Positions 1 through 7,868 of a DNA stretch of 20,000 bases are shown one piece after another. The DNA comes from Candidatus Eiseniibacteriota bacterium (GTDB lineage Bacteria; Orphanbacterota; Orphanbacteria; Orphanbacterales; Orphanbacteraceae): contig JBDROZ010000022.1 in assembly GCA_043809585.1 (NCBI GenBank), positions 50,594-70,593 on the forward strand, written 5' to 3'. Under the pieces are notes generated by a model. That model searched no databases. It saw only the letters and a list, made by a program, of their open reading frames with translations, and was not told the DNA's origin. Position 1 is the first letter of the stretch, and each line of letters opens with the position of its first letter. A program made the position numbers and the translations under genes.

Positions 1-1
1 G

Positions 2-310
2 TTCATGGTTCTCGTGTCGAGGCAGGACACGTCGCCCGTGTCGATTCAGGAGGCGATGGCCGTCGGGCGGCCCGTGATCGGTTCCTCCATCGGCGGCATT
101 CCCCATCTCGTGAAGGAAGGGGAGACCGGATTCCTCGTCCCCTACGGCGACCCGGAACTTCTCGCCAGGCGCATGACGGAGCTTCTGGCGAACGAGGAGC
201 TTCGTCGCCGGTTCTCCGCGAGAGCGCGGGAAGAGGCGGAGCGGCGCTTCTCCATCGACGCCATCGGCCGGAACCACTGGAACATCTACCGGGAGATCCT
301 CGCCGGATAG
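2..310 (+). CDS. Glycosyltransferase family 4 (GT-B), C-terminal part; 5' end lies outside the window
   Basis: Open frame from the window edge with 'DTSPVSIQEAMAVGRPVIGSSIGGIPHLVKEGETGFLV' (EAMAxGxPV..GG..G.LV signature of Glycos_transf_1) and a typical C-terminal helix 'FSIDAIGRNHWNIYREIL'. Confidence 0.9.
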   Translation, partial: FMVLVSRQDTSPVSIQEAMAVGRPVIGSSIGGIPHLVKEGETGFLVPYGDPELLARRMTELLANEELRRRFSARAREEAERRFSIDAIGRNHWNIYREILAG

Positions 311-331
311 CCCGTGTCCTCTTCTTCCTCG

Positions 332-1933
332 CTATTCCCCGATGACCACGGTGCCCGTCGATCCCCAGCGCTGGATCGTCAGCGGACGGGCGACGATCAG
401 CCCTTCCGGATAAGAACCGGGGGCGACCGAGATCGTGCCCCCGTCGAAAGTCCCCGAGTGCCCCTCGATCATCGTGTTCCACGGATTCGTCGCGGAGCCG
501 CTCTCGTAACCGCCGAAGGAACCGTTCACGAATACGGTGCTCCGCCCCATGTTCGTCAGCGTCACGACCGAGCTGTTCCCGTCCTCCCCGTTCACGGTGA
601 TCACGATCCCGTCCCCCGGATCCGACAGCGCCTCGCCGGCGACGAAGTACGATCCTCCGTCGTAAGGATCGCCGTCTCCGTCGTAATCGATCATCCATGC
701 GGGCTCCCTTCGACCCGGCTGGACCTCGTGAATCACCGCCGCTTCGGCCGGAACACAGGCGTCGTAGCCCGTGAAGCGCCGGGTTTCCACGGTGTAGTAC
801 TTCGGCGGGTCCTCGTATTGGTAGACCCCCGCGACCAGGTAGCGACCCGCGGGGGGGATCTCGGCAAGGTCGTGCAGACGGATCGTGGCCATGGCCGGCG
901 TGGTGGGGAGGTAGTACTGATGGGCCGGGTGGATCCAACCGAGGTCGGCGTCGTACTTCTGGAAGGCGATCGGATGCTGGCCGACGATGCCGTAGTCCGG
1001 ATGGACCACGTTCTCCATGCCCCCCTTCCAGCTCATGAGGTCCCATTTCGATCCCCACAGCTCGTCCTCGTAGGGAGTTCTCGAGTGGGGGAGCCAGGCC
1101 AGGGCGTGCCCCATCTCGTGGGCGGCGACGCTCTGGTTCTCCCATCCCCAGATGGCGAGGTAGGTGAGCCCCCAGTAGCGCGTCTCTCCGTCGAGCGTCA
1201 GCTGGTCCCGCATGCCCCACGAGCAGCAGTCGAGCCAGGCGTTGAAGCAGATGTTGATGCCGGCGTACTGGGTGAAATCGACGTCGAAGTCCGCCACGGC
1301 GAGGGCATGGATCCGGATCGAATCGCCGAGGATGGTGTCCCCCTCGCCGTCGTTGTCGAGGTCCCAGACGTAGAAGTCGCGATCGTGGGGCATGACGAAC
1401 CAGCCGAACACGTCGCTCCCCTGGCAGTTCATGTTGCCGTACGAGACTTCGTTCCAGTAGTGATCGACGCTCGGCCAGGGGCCTTCGGCGAGGCCCTCCA
1501 CGTATTCCACGGTGTGCTGGGTGTCCGGGATGTCGGCGAATCGGAAGAGCAACCAGACGTACGGCTGGGGCCCGGTGGTGCCCCGGTCCGGGGGCTCGAG
1601 GGGTTCGCCGGTCGCCCGAACGCCTTCCACAAGGACCCGGCGGCCGTCCGCGACGAGCGACCGTCCCGTCACCGCCAGCGGCCGGGCCGTGAGGTTCCGG
1701 AGCCCCCCCGCCGCCTCGATGATCTCGTCGCCCAGCACGAGTTCGTACTTTCCCTCGTCCGTCGTGAGCGAGTAAGTCTCTCCTCCCTCCATTCCCGATT
1801 CGGGATGGGGGTCGTAGAAGGCGACGGCGAGCTTCCCCCCGAGGGTCACCCGGTCGCCGATCGCCGCGGCGCCGCCCGCCGCGGATCCCGAGAGTAGAGC
1901 GGCGGCGGCGAGGATGATTCCGATCGCTTTCAT
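332..1933 (-). CDS. Secreted zinc metalloprotease (metzincin-like, M6/M11-type) with a short C-terminal DUF1565-like module
   Basis: Real gene is the 3' part of the 1319-aa ORF. ATG at 1933 with AAGGAGG about 10 nt upstream, signal peptide MKAIGIILAAAALLSGSAAGG, zinc motif 'AAHEMGHALAWLPHS', Met-turn-like 'WDLMS', 'YYTVETR', C-terminal 'VFVNGS..GSATNPWNT..EG..ISVAPGSYPE'. Confidence 0.8.
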   Translation of the reverse strand: MKAIGIILAAAALLSGSAAGGAAAIGDRVTLGGKLAVAFYDPHPESGMEGGETYSLTTDEGKYELVLGDEIIEAAGGLRNLTARPLAVTGRSLVADGRRVLVEGVRATGEPLEPPDRGTTGPQPYVWLLFRFADIPDTQHTVEYVEGLAEGPWPSVDHYWNEVSYGNMNCQGSDVFGWFVMPHDRDFYVWDLDNDGEGDTILGDSIRIHALAVADFDVDFTQYAGINICFNAWLDCCSWGMRDQLTLDGETRYWGLTYLAIWGWENQSVAAHEMGHALAWLPHSRTPYEDELWGSKWDLMSWKGGMENVVHPDYGIVGQHPIAFQKYDADLGWIHPAHQYYLPTTPAMATIRLHDLAEIPPAGRYLVAGVYQYEDPPKYYTVETRRFTGYDACVPAEAAVIHEVQPGRREPAWMIDYDGDGDPYDGGSYFVAGEALSDPGDGIVITVNGEDGNSSVVTLTNMGRSTVFVNGSFGGYESGSATNPWNTMIEGHSGTFDGGTISVAPGSYPEGLIVARPLTIQRWGSTGTVVIGE

Positions 1934-1965
1934 GGCCGGCATCCCTCCTTCCCGTCTTCCGCCGC

Positions 1966-4134
1966 TCACTGGAGGTTCACCAGGACGAGGACGAGCCCCC
2001 GTCCCGACCCGAGCCCCGACATCGCCTTGCCGATCACCGCCCCGTGGGAGCGGTCCCGGTCGACGGCCTTCATGGCGTGGCCCGGCGTGTCGGATGTCGT
2101 GAGAAGATCGCCCGGCTTGATCGGGCCGTTCGACGCGTCGGCCTCGCAGTAGACCCGGCCGGTCAGGGCGACCGGATTCGCGCCGTCCGCCTCGGAGCCC
2201 CGCTGACCCATCAGCATGCCGGGCTCGATCCCGCCGGCCCCGCTGATGACGCCCGCCACTTTCCTGTCGTACGCTTCGCGGCTGACGACGAGGTCCCCCG
2301 GCCTTTCCGGATCGACGGAGACCACCATGCCCGGCCGAGGATCGATCGAGCCCCCGCCCCGGATGTCGAACTGCTCCGACAGGTCCGAGCCGCCGGTGAT
2401 CTCGAGCACGTCGGTGGTCGTCCGTCCGTGCACCTCGACGTCGCCGGTGAACTTTCCCGCCAGGCCGCCGGTGCTGTAGCCGTAGACCGCCGTCCCCGTC
2501 GAACTGACCCCGTAGACGCCGAACCCGGAGGAACTGACTCCCTGGACGCCCGTGGCCGATCCGACGGCGTTCCCCTTCACGGCGAAGCTCGAGCCGGCCA
2601 GGAATCCGTAATTCCCCGTGTTGAAGTGCTCGCCGTAGACGCCGTAGCCCGACCAGGTCTTGCCGTGGACGCCTTCGCTCGTCGAGCTCTGTCCCCAGAC
2701 GCCGTAACTCTGGGTGCTCGATCCGTAGACGCCCATGCCCGACGCGCTCTGCCCCCACACGCCGTCGCCGTCCGGGTTGTAGCCGATCACCGCTTTCGTG
2801 CCCGACATGAGGGCGCCGTAGGCGCTGGTCCCGATCTTCCTGGCGTAGGCGCCGTAGTAGTAACCGCCGAGATAGCCGCAAAACCCGCCCGCGTCGTTTC
2901 GCCCGTAGACACCGGGGGATTGGGTGCCCGTCCCGAAGCCCCACACGCCGGCCGTGTCGCAGCCGAGGCGACCGATGTTGCCGGCCGGATCCGTCCCGTA
3001 GGCGCCGCAGAAGTCGAGGCCGAGACCGCCGATGTTCCAGCTCGTGTTGTTCCGGCCGTACACACCCTGGCCGGCCCCGGCGACGACCGCGAAGCTCGAG
3101 CCGTTGCCGTGGGTGGCGATCAGGCCCCCCACGCCGTCCCCGACGCCGATCTTCACTTCGTGCCCCTCGCCGGCCAGGACGTGCACCTTGCTCATGACGT
3201 CCGGCGCGGTCGTGCCGACGCCGACGCGCCCTTCGCCGTCCACGTAGACCACGTCGACCGGGTCGCCGTCCGCCGCGTCGAGGGAGTGGCCGTCCCCCGC
3301 GCCGCCGGACGAGGCGCTCGTCATGACCGATCCGTCGGGAAACTTGAAGCCCCCCGACGTGGAGTGCACGACGCCGCTCACTTCGAGCTTCTCGAGCGGA
3401 TCGTCCGTGCCGATCCCGACCCGCCCGCCGATCACGACATCCGCGTCGGTCGTGTCGCCGCCACCCGGCGAATCCTTGAAGAAGAAGGTGTTGTTCTTGT
3501 AGCCGATGAAATCCTCCGAGACACCGCCGTGGCCGAACCCGACATAGTTGCCCGGTGTGCCGACGTACGCCGTGTCGGGGCCGAAGGTGCCGGGAAGGTC
3601 GAGCCCCTCGGTGTACGTGTTCCCCTCCACCCAGAGTTTGGCGTACGGAACGACGCTTCCGATGCAGACGCTCCCCGGAACGCCGAGAATCAGGTGCGGT
3701 CCGGAGACGACCCAGTCCTCGTCGGCGGCCGCGGCGGACGCCGAATCGGCGATCTCCGCGCGGAACGAGTAGGGGACCGACGTGACGCGGGTCCGCGGAG
3801 AAATCTCGGGATCGCCGTCCACCTGGACCCCGAGCCAAAGCTCGAGATTCTCCCAGACGTCGGCGGGGATGACGGCCGTGCTTCCCAGGATGACGTGAAA
3901 GACCCCGCCGTCGACGGCCACCGGGTCGTGGGTCTCCGTCCATAGAACTTCCGCGTCCGGAAGGGACGAAGGGTAGAGCTGGAAGACCAGCGCGTGGTCG
4001 CCGGTGAGAGGGACTCCCGAATCGTCCGTCAGGAGCCCCTGGTAGTTGATGAGCGGGGGCGCTTCGCCGGACACGGTAACGGCGAGGAGCGCGCAGACGC
4101 CGGCCGCGAGGAGAACGATCAACGTGCGTCTCAT
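1966..4134 (-). CDS. Secreted Gly-rich fibre/beta-helix protein with C-terminal intramolecular-chaperone (Peptidase_G2-like) domain
   Basis: ATG at 4134 with GGGAGGG SD, signal peptide MRRTLIVLLAAGVCALLAVTVSG, 'INYQGLLTD' N-domain, 'GRVGIGT/GRVGVGT' repeats, many GVYG/GVWG/GVHG repeats, C-terminal 'SDLSEQF..PGMVVS..KVAGVIS..PVALTGRVYC..IKPGDLLTTS..GHAMKA..IGKAM'. Confidence 0.75.
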   Translation of the reverse strand: MRRTLIVLLAAGVCALLAVTVSGEAPPLINYQGLLTDDSGVPLTGDHALVFQLYPSSLPDAEVLWTETHDPVAVDGGVFHVILGSTAVIPADVWENLELWLGVQVDGDPEISPRTRVTSVPYSFRAEIADSASAAAADEDWVVSGPHLILGVPGSVCIGSVVPYAKLWVEGNTYTEGLDLPGTFGPDTAYVGTPGNYVGFGHGGVSEDFIGYKNNTFFFKDSPGGGDTTDADVVIGGRVGIGTDDPLEKLEVSGVVHSTSGGFKFPDGSVMTSASSGGAGDGHSLDAADGDPVDVVYVDGEGRVGVGTTAPDVMSKVHVLAGEGHEVKIGVGDGVGGLIATHGNGSSFAVVAGAGQGVYGRNNTSWNIGGLGLDFCGAYGTDPAGNIGRLGCDTAGVWGFGTGTQSPGVYGRNDAGGFCGYLGGYYYGAYARKIGTSAYGALMSGTKAVIGYNPDGDGVWGQSASGMGVYGSSTQSYGVWGQSSTSEGVHGKTWSGYGVYGEHFNTGNYGFLAGSSFAVKGNAVGSATGVQGVSSSGFGVYGVSSTGTAVYGYSTGGLAGKFTGDVEVHGRTTTDVLEITGGSDLSEQFDIRGGGSIDPRPGMVVSVDPERPGDLVVSREAYDRKVAGVISGAGGIEPGMLMGQRGSEADGANPVALTGRVYCEADASNGPIKPGDLLTTSDTPGHAMKAVDRDRSHGAVIGKAMSGLGSGRGLVLVLVNLQ

Positions 4135-4262
4135 GACATTCCCTCCCATGGACACGGGTATTCGATTGTCGGCGGTTGCATATTGAAAACGAGCGGACCG
4201 GCCGGGGATGGCCCGTGGGAAAACGAAGGAGCGGAGCGGAGGCCCGCCTCCGCGACGAAGAC

Positions 4263-4291
4263 ATTTTATCACATGTCCATTGCGGCACCAA
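4263..4291 (-). promoter_or_regulatory. Putative sigma70-type promoter for the fibre-protein/protease operon
   Basis: Minus strand TTGGTG (4291-4286), 17 nt spacer, TAAAAT (4268-4263) with extended -10 TGn; AT-rich patch in a GC-rich background. Confidence 0.45.
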
Positions 4292-4344
4292 GAGGCGGGG
4301 AGGTTTCGGCCATCAGGGCCGGCGGGCGGGGAATTCCGGCCGAT

Positions 4345-4686
4345 CTACTCCTCCGGGGCGGGCTTCCGGCGCTTCTCCTTCGTGAGGGATTGCTGGCGTT
4401 TGTCGGCGAGGCGCATGGCCCGGGAGGCGCGGGAGGGCTTCGTCGCGATCCGCTTCTTTCGGCGGGCGAATCGGGCGGCGAGGCGTTTCATGAGGCGCTC
4501 GAAAGCCACCTTCCGGTTCCGCGCCCGGGAGCGGCTCTCCGTCGCGGTCACGACCACGCCGGTCGGCATGTGACGGAGTCGAACGCCCGTCTCGTTCTTG
4601 TTCCGGTGCTGCCCCCCCGGCCCGCCGACGCGCATGAATTCCTCCACCGTTTCCCGGCGCACCCGGTCCGGATCGAGGCGGCTCAC
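4345..4686 (-). CDS. arfB: ArfB-like alternative ribosome-rescue peptidyl-tRNA hydrolase (RF-1 GGQ domain)
   Basis: GTG start overlapping the upstream TGA (GTGA); 'GGPGGQHRNKNETGVRLRHMPTGVVV..ESRSRARNRKVAFERL' and a basic C-terminal tail 'RKKRIATKPSRASRAMRLADK'; 113 aa. Confidence 0.8.
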   Translation of the reverse strand: MSRLDPDRVRRETVEEFMRVGGPGGQHRNKNETGVRLRHMPTGVVVTATESRSRARNRKVAFERLMKRLAARFARRKKRIATKPSRASRAMRLADKRQQSLTKEKRRKPAPEE

Positions 4687-6380
4687 GGCCTCTTCCCCTT
4701 CCGCCGGAGGGCGTCGGCGTGGAGGAGCTCGTCCCGGAAGAGGTCGGTCTTTCCGGCAAGCTTGTAGATCGCCGCGATCTTGTCGTGGCCGTCCGGATCG
4801 TGGCCGAGATCGTAGACGAGGATCGAGCCGCCGATGGTCGCGACCCGCGGGTAGTCGTCCAGCCAGTCGTAGAGGCCCCTCTTCGGGAGCCACACCCCCT
4901 GCTTCACCATCCGGCTCACGGCGACCAGGTCCGGGTCCGGGTGGTAGCCGACGCTCTCCCGGTAGGCGCTCATGGGGAGCGTGTAAAGCCATCCCGGCAG
5001 GAAGCGGAACCGGATCCCGAAACGGGAGGGATCGTCGTTCCCGAAGTAGGCGAGGGAGCATCCTTCGTGGCCGTTCTTTCGGAGCCACGACGCGAGCCCC
5101 GGCAGGTCCTGTCCCCAGTCGACGTTCGAATCGGAGAGGATCCGCGAGCCCCCCTCCGCCCCTCCCGCGGGCTCGTTGAAATAGGAGAGGAAATGGGGAT
5201 AAGCGGCGAGAACCGCGATCACCTGCCAGGCGAGAAGGGCCCCCACGACGCGCCGGCCCCACGTCCCGATCGCCCTCGCCGCCGCGAGACCGCCGAGGAT
5301 GGCGAGGAAAGGAAAGAGGGGGAGCACGTAGCGGAGGCCGATGTTGATCCGGCTGACGAACATGAAGAAGAGGAGAACCGCCAGTGGCGGAAAGAGGAAC
5401 CACGCCCCGTCGCGCCGGCGCCTCTCCCTGAGGACGATCCCCGCCCCCACCGCCGCGAGGAGGAGAAAGGGGACCGGAGTCTTCACGAGGAGGGCGACCG
5501 GGTAGTAGAGGGTCCATCCCCCCTTCTTGATCTCGCCGAAGAAGAAGGAGCGGAAGCCCTCGTTGGCGGTTCTCTGGTGCTCCACGCCGATGCCGAAGGG
5601 CCGCGGGAAGATTCCGAGATAGAGAGGACCGGCGTTCACCCCGTCGTGAAGGTAGAGGGGAAGATACCCGGCGTGGAGAATCGCGACGGCGAGGGCGAAG
5701 ATGATCACCGTCCTGACGAAGCGGCGGCGGCTCATCCCCGACGCGATGATCGCGGCGGCCGGGAGCAGGCCGAAGAGAATCAAGGCGCTGTACTTCGAGA
5801 GGAGCGCCAGGCCGAAGGCGAGACCGGCAAGGAGGAGATTCCTTGCCCCCCCTTCGTCGACCGCCCGCCGAAAGCGGAGGACCGCGAAGAAGAAAGTCGC
5901 GGTGAGGGGGAGGTCGGGCGTCGCGAGAGATCCGTGGGCGAGCAGGTTCGGGTCGCAGGCGGAGAGGACGAGCGCCCCCAGTCCGGCGCCGTCACCGAAG
6001 GAACGCCGCGCCTCCCGCCAGACGAGAAGGAGGAGAAGGAGCGTGAGGACGATCCCGGGAATCCGGGCGAGGATCAAACCCCGCCGCACCGGGAAGGCCC
6101 GGCAGAATTCCCGCCCCCGCTCGTCCTGGTGGTCCGCCTCGAAGACCGACTCCGGGATCTCTCGGCCGAAAAAGAGAAGGGTGTTCAGGTAGTACGGAAG
6201 GGGGGGATGGAGGCGGGCGCCCGGCACGTCCCAGTCCCCGGTTTCGAGCAGCCTTTTCCCGATGCCGATGTACTTCGCCTCGTCCACGGTGAGGGAATGG
6301 CGCGCCGCGCTCCCGATCATGAGGAGCGCCGAGAGGAGCAGAAGTAACAGGGGGACACCATGCCGAGCTTTCGATCTCAT
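4683..6380 (-). CDS. Multi-pass GT-C glycosyltransferase, family 39/ArnT-PMT-like
   Basis: 'LTVDE' luminal acidic motif, 'HPPL', 'PNLLAHGSLATPD', 'LALLSKYSA', 'IGLRYVLP', 'LSYFNE', 'DSNVDWGQD'; many hydrophobic segments. Confidence 0.85.
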   Translation of the reverse strand: MRSKARHGVPLLLLLLSALLMIGSAARHSLTVDEAKYIGIGKRLLETGDWDVPGARLHPPLPYYLNTLLFFGREIPESVFEADHQDERGREFCRAFPVRRGLILARIPGIVLTLLLLLLVWREARRSFGDGAGLGALVLSACDPNLLAHGSLATPDLPLTATFFFAVLRFRRAVDEGGARNLLLAGLAFGLALLSKYSALILFGLLPAAAIIASGMSRRRFVRTVIIFALAVAILHAGYLPLYLHDGVNAGPLYLGIFPRPFGIGVEHQRTANEGFRSFFFGEIKKGGWTLYYPVALLVKTPVPFLLLAAVGAGIVLRERRRRDGAWFLFPPLAVLLFFMFVSRINIGLRYVLPLFPFLAILGGLAAARAIGTWGRRVVGALLAWQVIAVLAAYPHFLSYFNEPAGGAEGGSRILSDSNVDWGQDLPGLASWLRKNGHEGCSLAYFGNDDPSRFGIRFRFLPGWLYTLPMSAYRESVGYHPDPDLVAVSRMVKQGVWLPKRGLYDWLDDYPRVATIGGSILVYDLGHDPDGHDKIAAIYKLAGKTDLFRDELLHADALRRKGKRP

Positions 6381-6505
6381 CCGCTTCTTCCTCGATCTCC
6401 CCGTGTCGCCGATAGGTATCGTGTCCCCCGAATCACGAGTTCGGTATTGTGTCCCCCCGAATTCCCTTCTATCGCCGCTCCCCCCCCGGTGTCAAGGCGC
6501 CCCGC

Positions 6506-6534
6506 TTGCCGCCGCGCCGTCGATCGGATAGCTT
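6506..6534 (+). promoter_or_regulatory. Possible sigma70-type promoter for amrB in the divergent intergenic region
   Basis: TTGCCG-N17-TAGCTT; a TTGACA on the minus strand (6495-6490) may serve the divergent GT gene. Confidence 0.3.
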
Positions 6535-6574
6535 CTTCGAGACGGAGGGGGTCCCCCCGGGGGGGAGGAGAACC

Positions 6575-7792
6575 ATGGGCGATTCGACGGACAAGCCGGC
6601 CATCCGGCCGGTCGAGGCGATTCCGACCCTTCACGAGGGGAAGCGGGTCGTCGTGCTTCGGGACCCGGAAGGGTACGCCGAACATCCGGTCGTCATCGGC
6701 GACCGGGGGGCGTGGATCCTCGGTCTGATGGACGGCGAGCACTCCCTCGTCGACATTCAGGCGGCGTACACCCGCCGGTACGGCGACATCCTCTTTTCCA
6801 CCGATCTGGAGAAGCTCATCCGGGACCTGGACGAGGCGTGCCTCCTCGAGGGGGAGGGGTTTCGGAAGAAGCGGGAAGCCGCGGAGCGGGCGTACCGGGA
6901 TGCTCCGGCGCGCCCCGCCCTCCACCTCGCCGGATACGACGCGAACGAGGAGACGTGGGGGCGATGGCTCGGCGCCTTCCTCGGCGAGGCCGGCGACCAG
7001 GAACCGGCGCCCCCGGCGGGGGTGCGCGCCCTCGTGGCGCCCCACATCGACCTTCGCCTCGGCGGCCCGGTCTACGGGTCGGCGTGGAAAGCGGCCCTCG
7101 GGGGGGAGCCGCCGGAGCTCGTCGTCTTGATCGGCACCTGCCACCACCCCCTCCCATCCCTCGTCTCCGTGACGGCGAAGGACTTCGAGACACCCCTCGG
7201 AACGGTGGAGGCCGACGGCGACTTCCTCCGCACTCTCGACGAGAAATCGGGCGGCGGTCTCTTCGACGACGAGATCGTCCACAGGAGGGAACACGCGATC
7301 GAATTCCAGGCACTCTTCGTCCGCCACCTCTTCGGGGACCGGACGAGGATCGCGCCGGTCCTCTGCTCCTACTCCCCCCTTCATCTTTCCGACGAGGCGC
7401 CCCCTGAGTTCGGGGAGCGGATCCGCTCCGTGGCGGGCGCCCTCGGGGACCTCGTGAAGAGGCGGGGGGGCCGGACCCTCCTCGTGGCGAGCGCGGACCT
7501 CTCCCACGTCGGCCCCCGGTACGGCGACGAGAATGCGCCGGACGACGAGGAGCTCCGCGGCCTCGAGGAGTCGGACCGGGTCTACCTCGAAGCGGCGGCC
7601 GCCGGGGACCCGGGAGGCCTCTCCCGCCGCCTCCTCGAGACGGCGGACTCGACCCGGATCTGCGGATACCCGCCGATGCACCTCATGCTCTCCGCCCTCG
7701 GCGGCTCCGACGGCGATCTTCTCCGCTACGACCAGGGCGTTATGGGCGAAGAGGGTTCGGTGGTGAGCTTCGCCGCCATGGCCTTCCAGTAG
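6575..7792 (+). CDS. amrB: AmmeMemoRadiSam system protein B (MEMO1 family)
   Basis: ATG at 6575 after GGAGGAG; 'APHIDL', 'GTCH', 'DFETPLG', 'HRREHAIEFQALF', 'ASADLSHVGPRYGD', 'RICG', C-terminal 'SVVSFAAM'. Confidence 0.88.
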   Translation: MGDSTDKPAIRPVEAIPTLHEGKRVVVLRDPEGYAEHPVVIGDRGAWILGLMDGEHSLVDIQAAYTRRYGDILFSTDLEKLIRDLDEACLLEGEGFRKKREAAERAYRDAPARPALHLAGYDANEETWGRWLGAFLGEAGDQEPAPPAGVRALVAPHIDLRLGGPVYGSAWKAALGGEPPELVVLIGTCHHPLPSLVSVTAKDFETPLGTVEADGDFLRTLDEKSGGGLFDDEIVHRREHAIEFQALFVRHLFGDRTRIAPVLCSYSPLHLSDEAPPEFGERIRSVAGALGDLVKRRGGRTLLVASADLSHVGPRYGDENAPDDEELRGLEESDRVYLEAAAAGDPGGLSRRLLETADSTRICGYPPMHLMLSALGGSDGDLLRYDQGVMGEEGSVVSFAAMAFQ

Positions 7793-7817
7793 CCCCCTCC
7801 CGAAAGCCGCTCCCCGC

Positions 7818-7846
7818 TTGACCTCCCGGGGCGTTCTCCCTATGAT
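7818..7846 (+). promoter_or_regulatory. sigma70-type promoter of the topoisomerase VI operon
   Basis: TTGACC (7818-7823), exactly 17 nt, TATGAT (7841-7846); then AAGGAG SD (7857-7862) and ATG 7869. Confidence 0.7.
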
Positions 7847-7868
7847 GCGGCGGACGAAGGAGTGCGGC

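Noticed and set aside
1966-4134. Prophage tail gene or prophage region
   Set aside because: The protein has a Sec signal peptide and no capsid, terminase, integrase or other phage genes are nearby.
332-4291. 1319-aa ORF as one giant protein
   Set aside because: Its first ~785 codons are an Arg/Gly-rich off-frame read of the fibre gene; the real protease has its own SD and signal peptide at 1933.
4345-5517. 390-aa version of the release-factor-like ORF
   Set aside because: The upstream part overlaps the GT-C gene out of frame; the GGQ domain starts at the GTG at 4686 with an SD.
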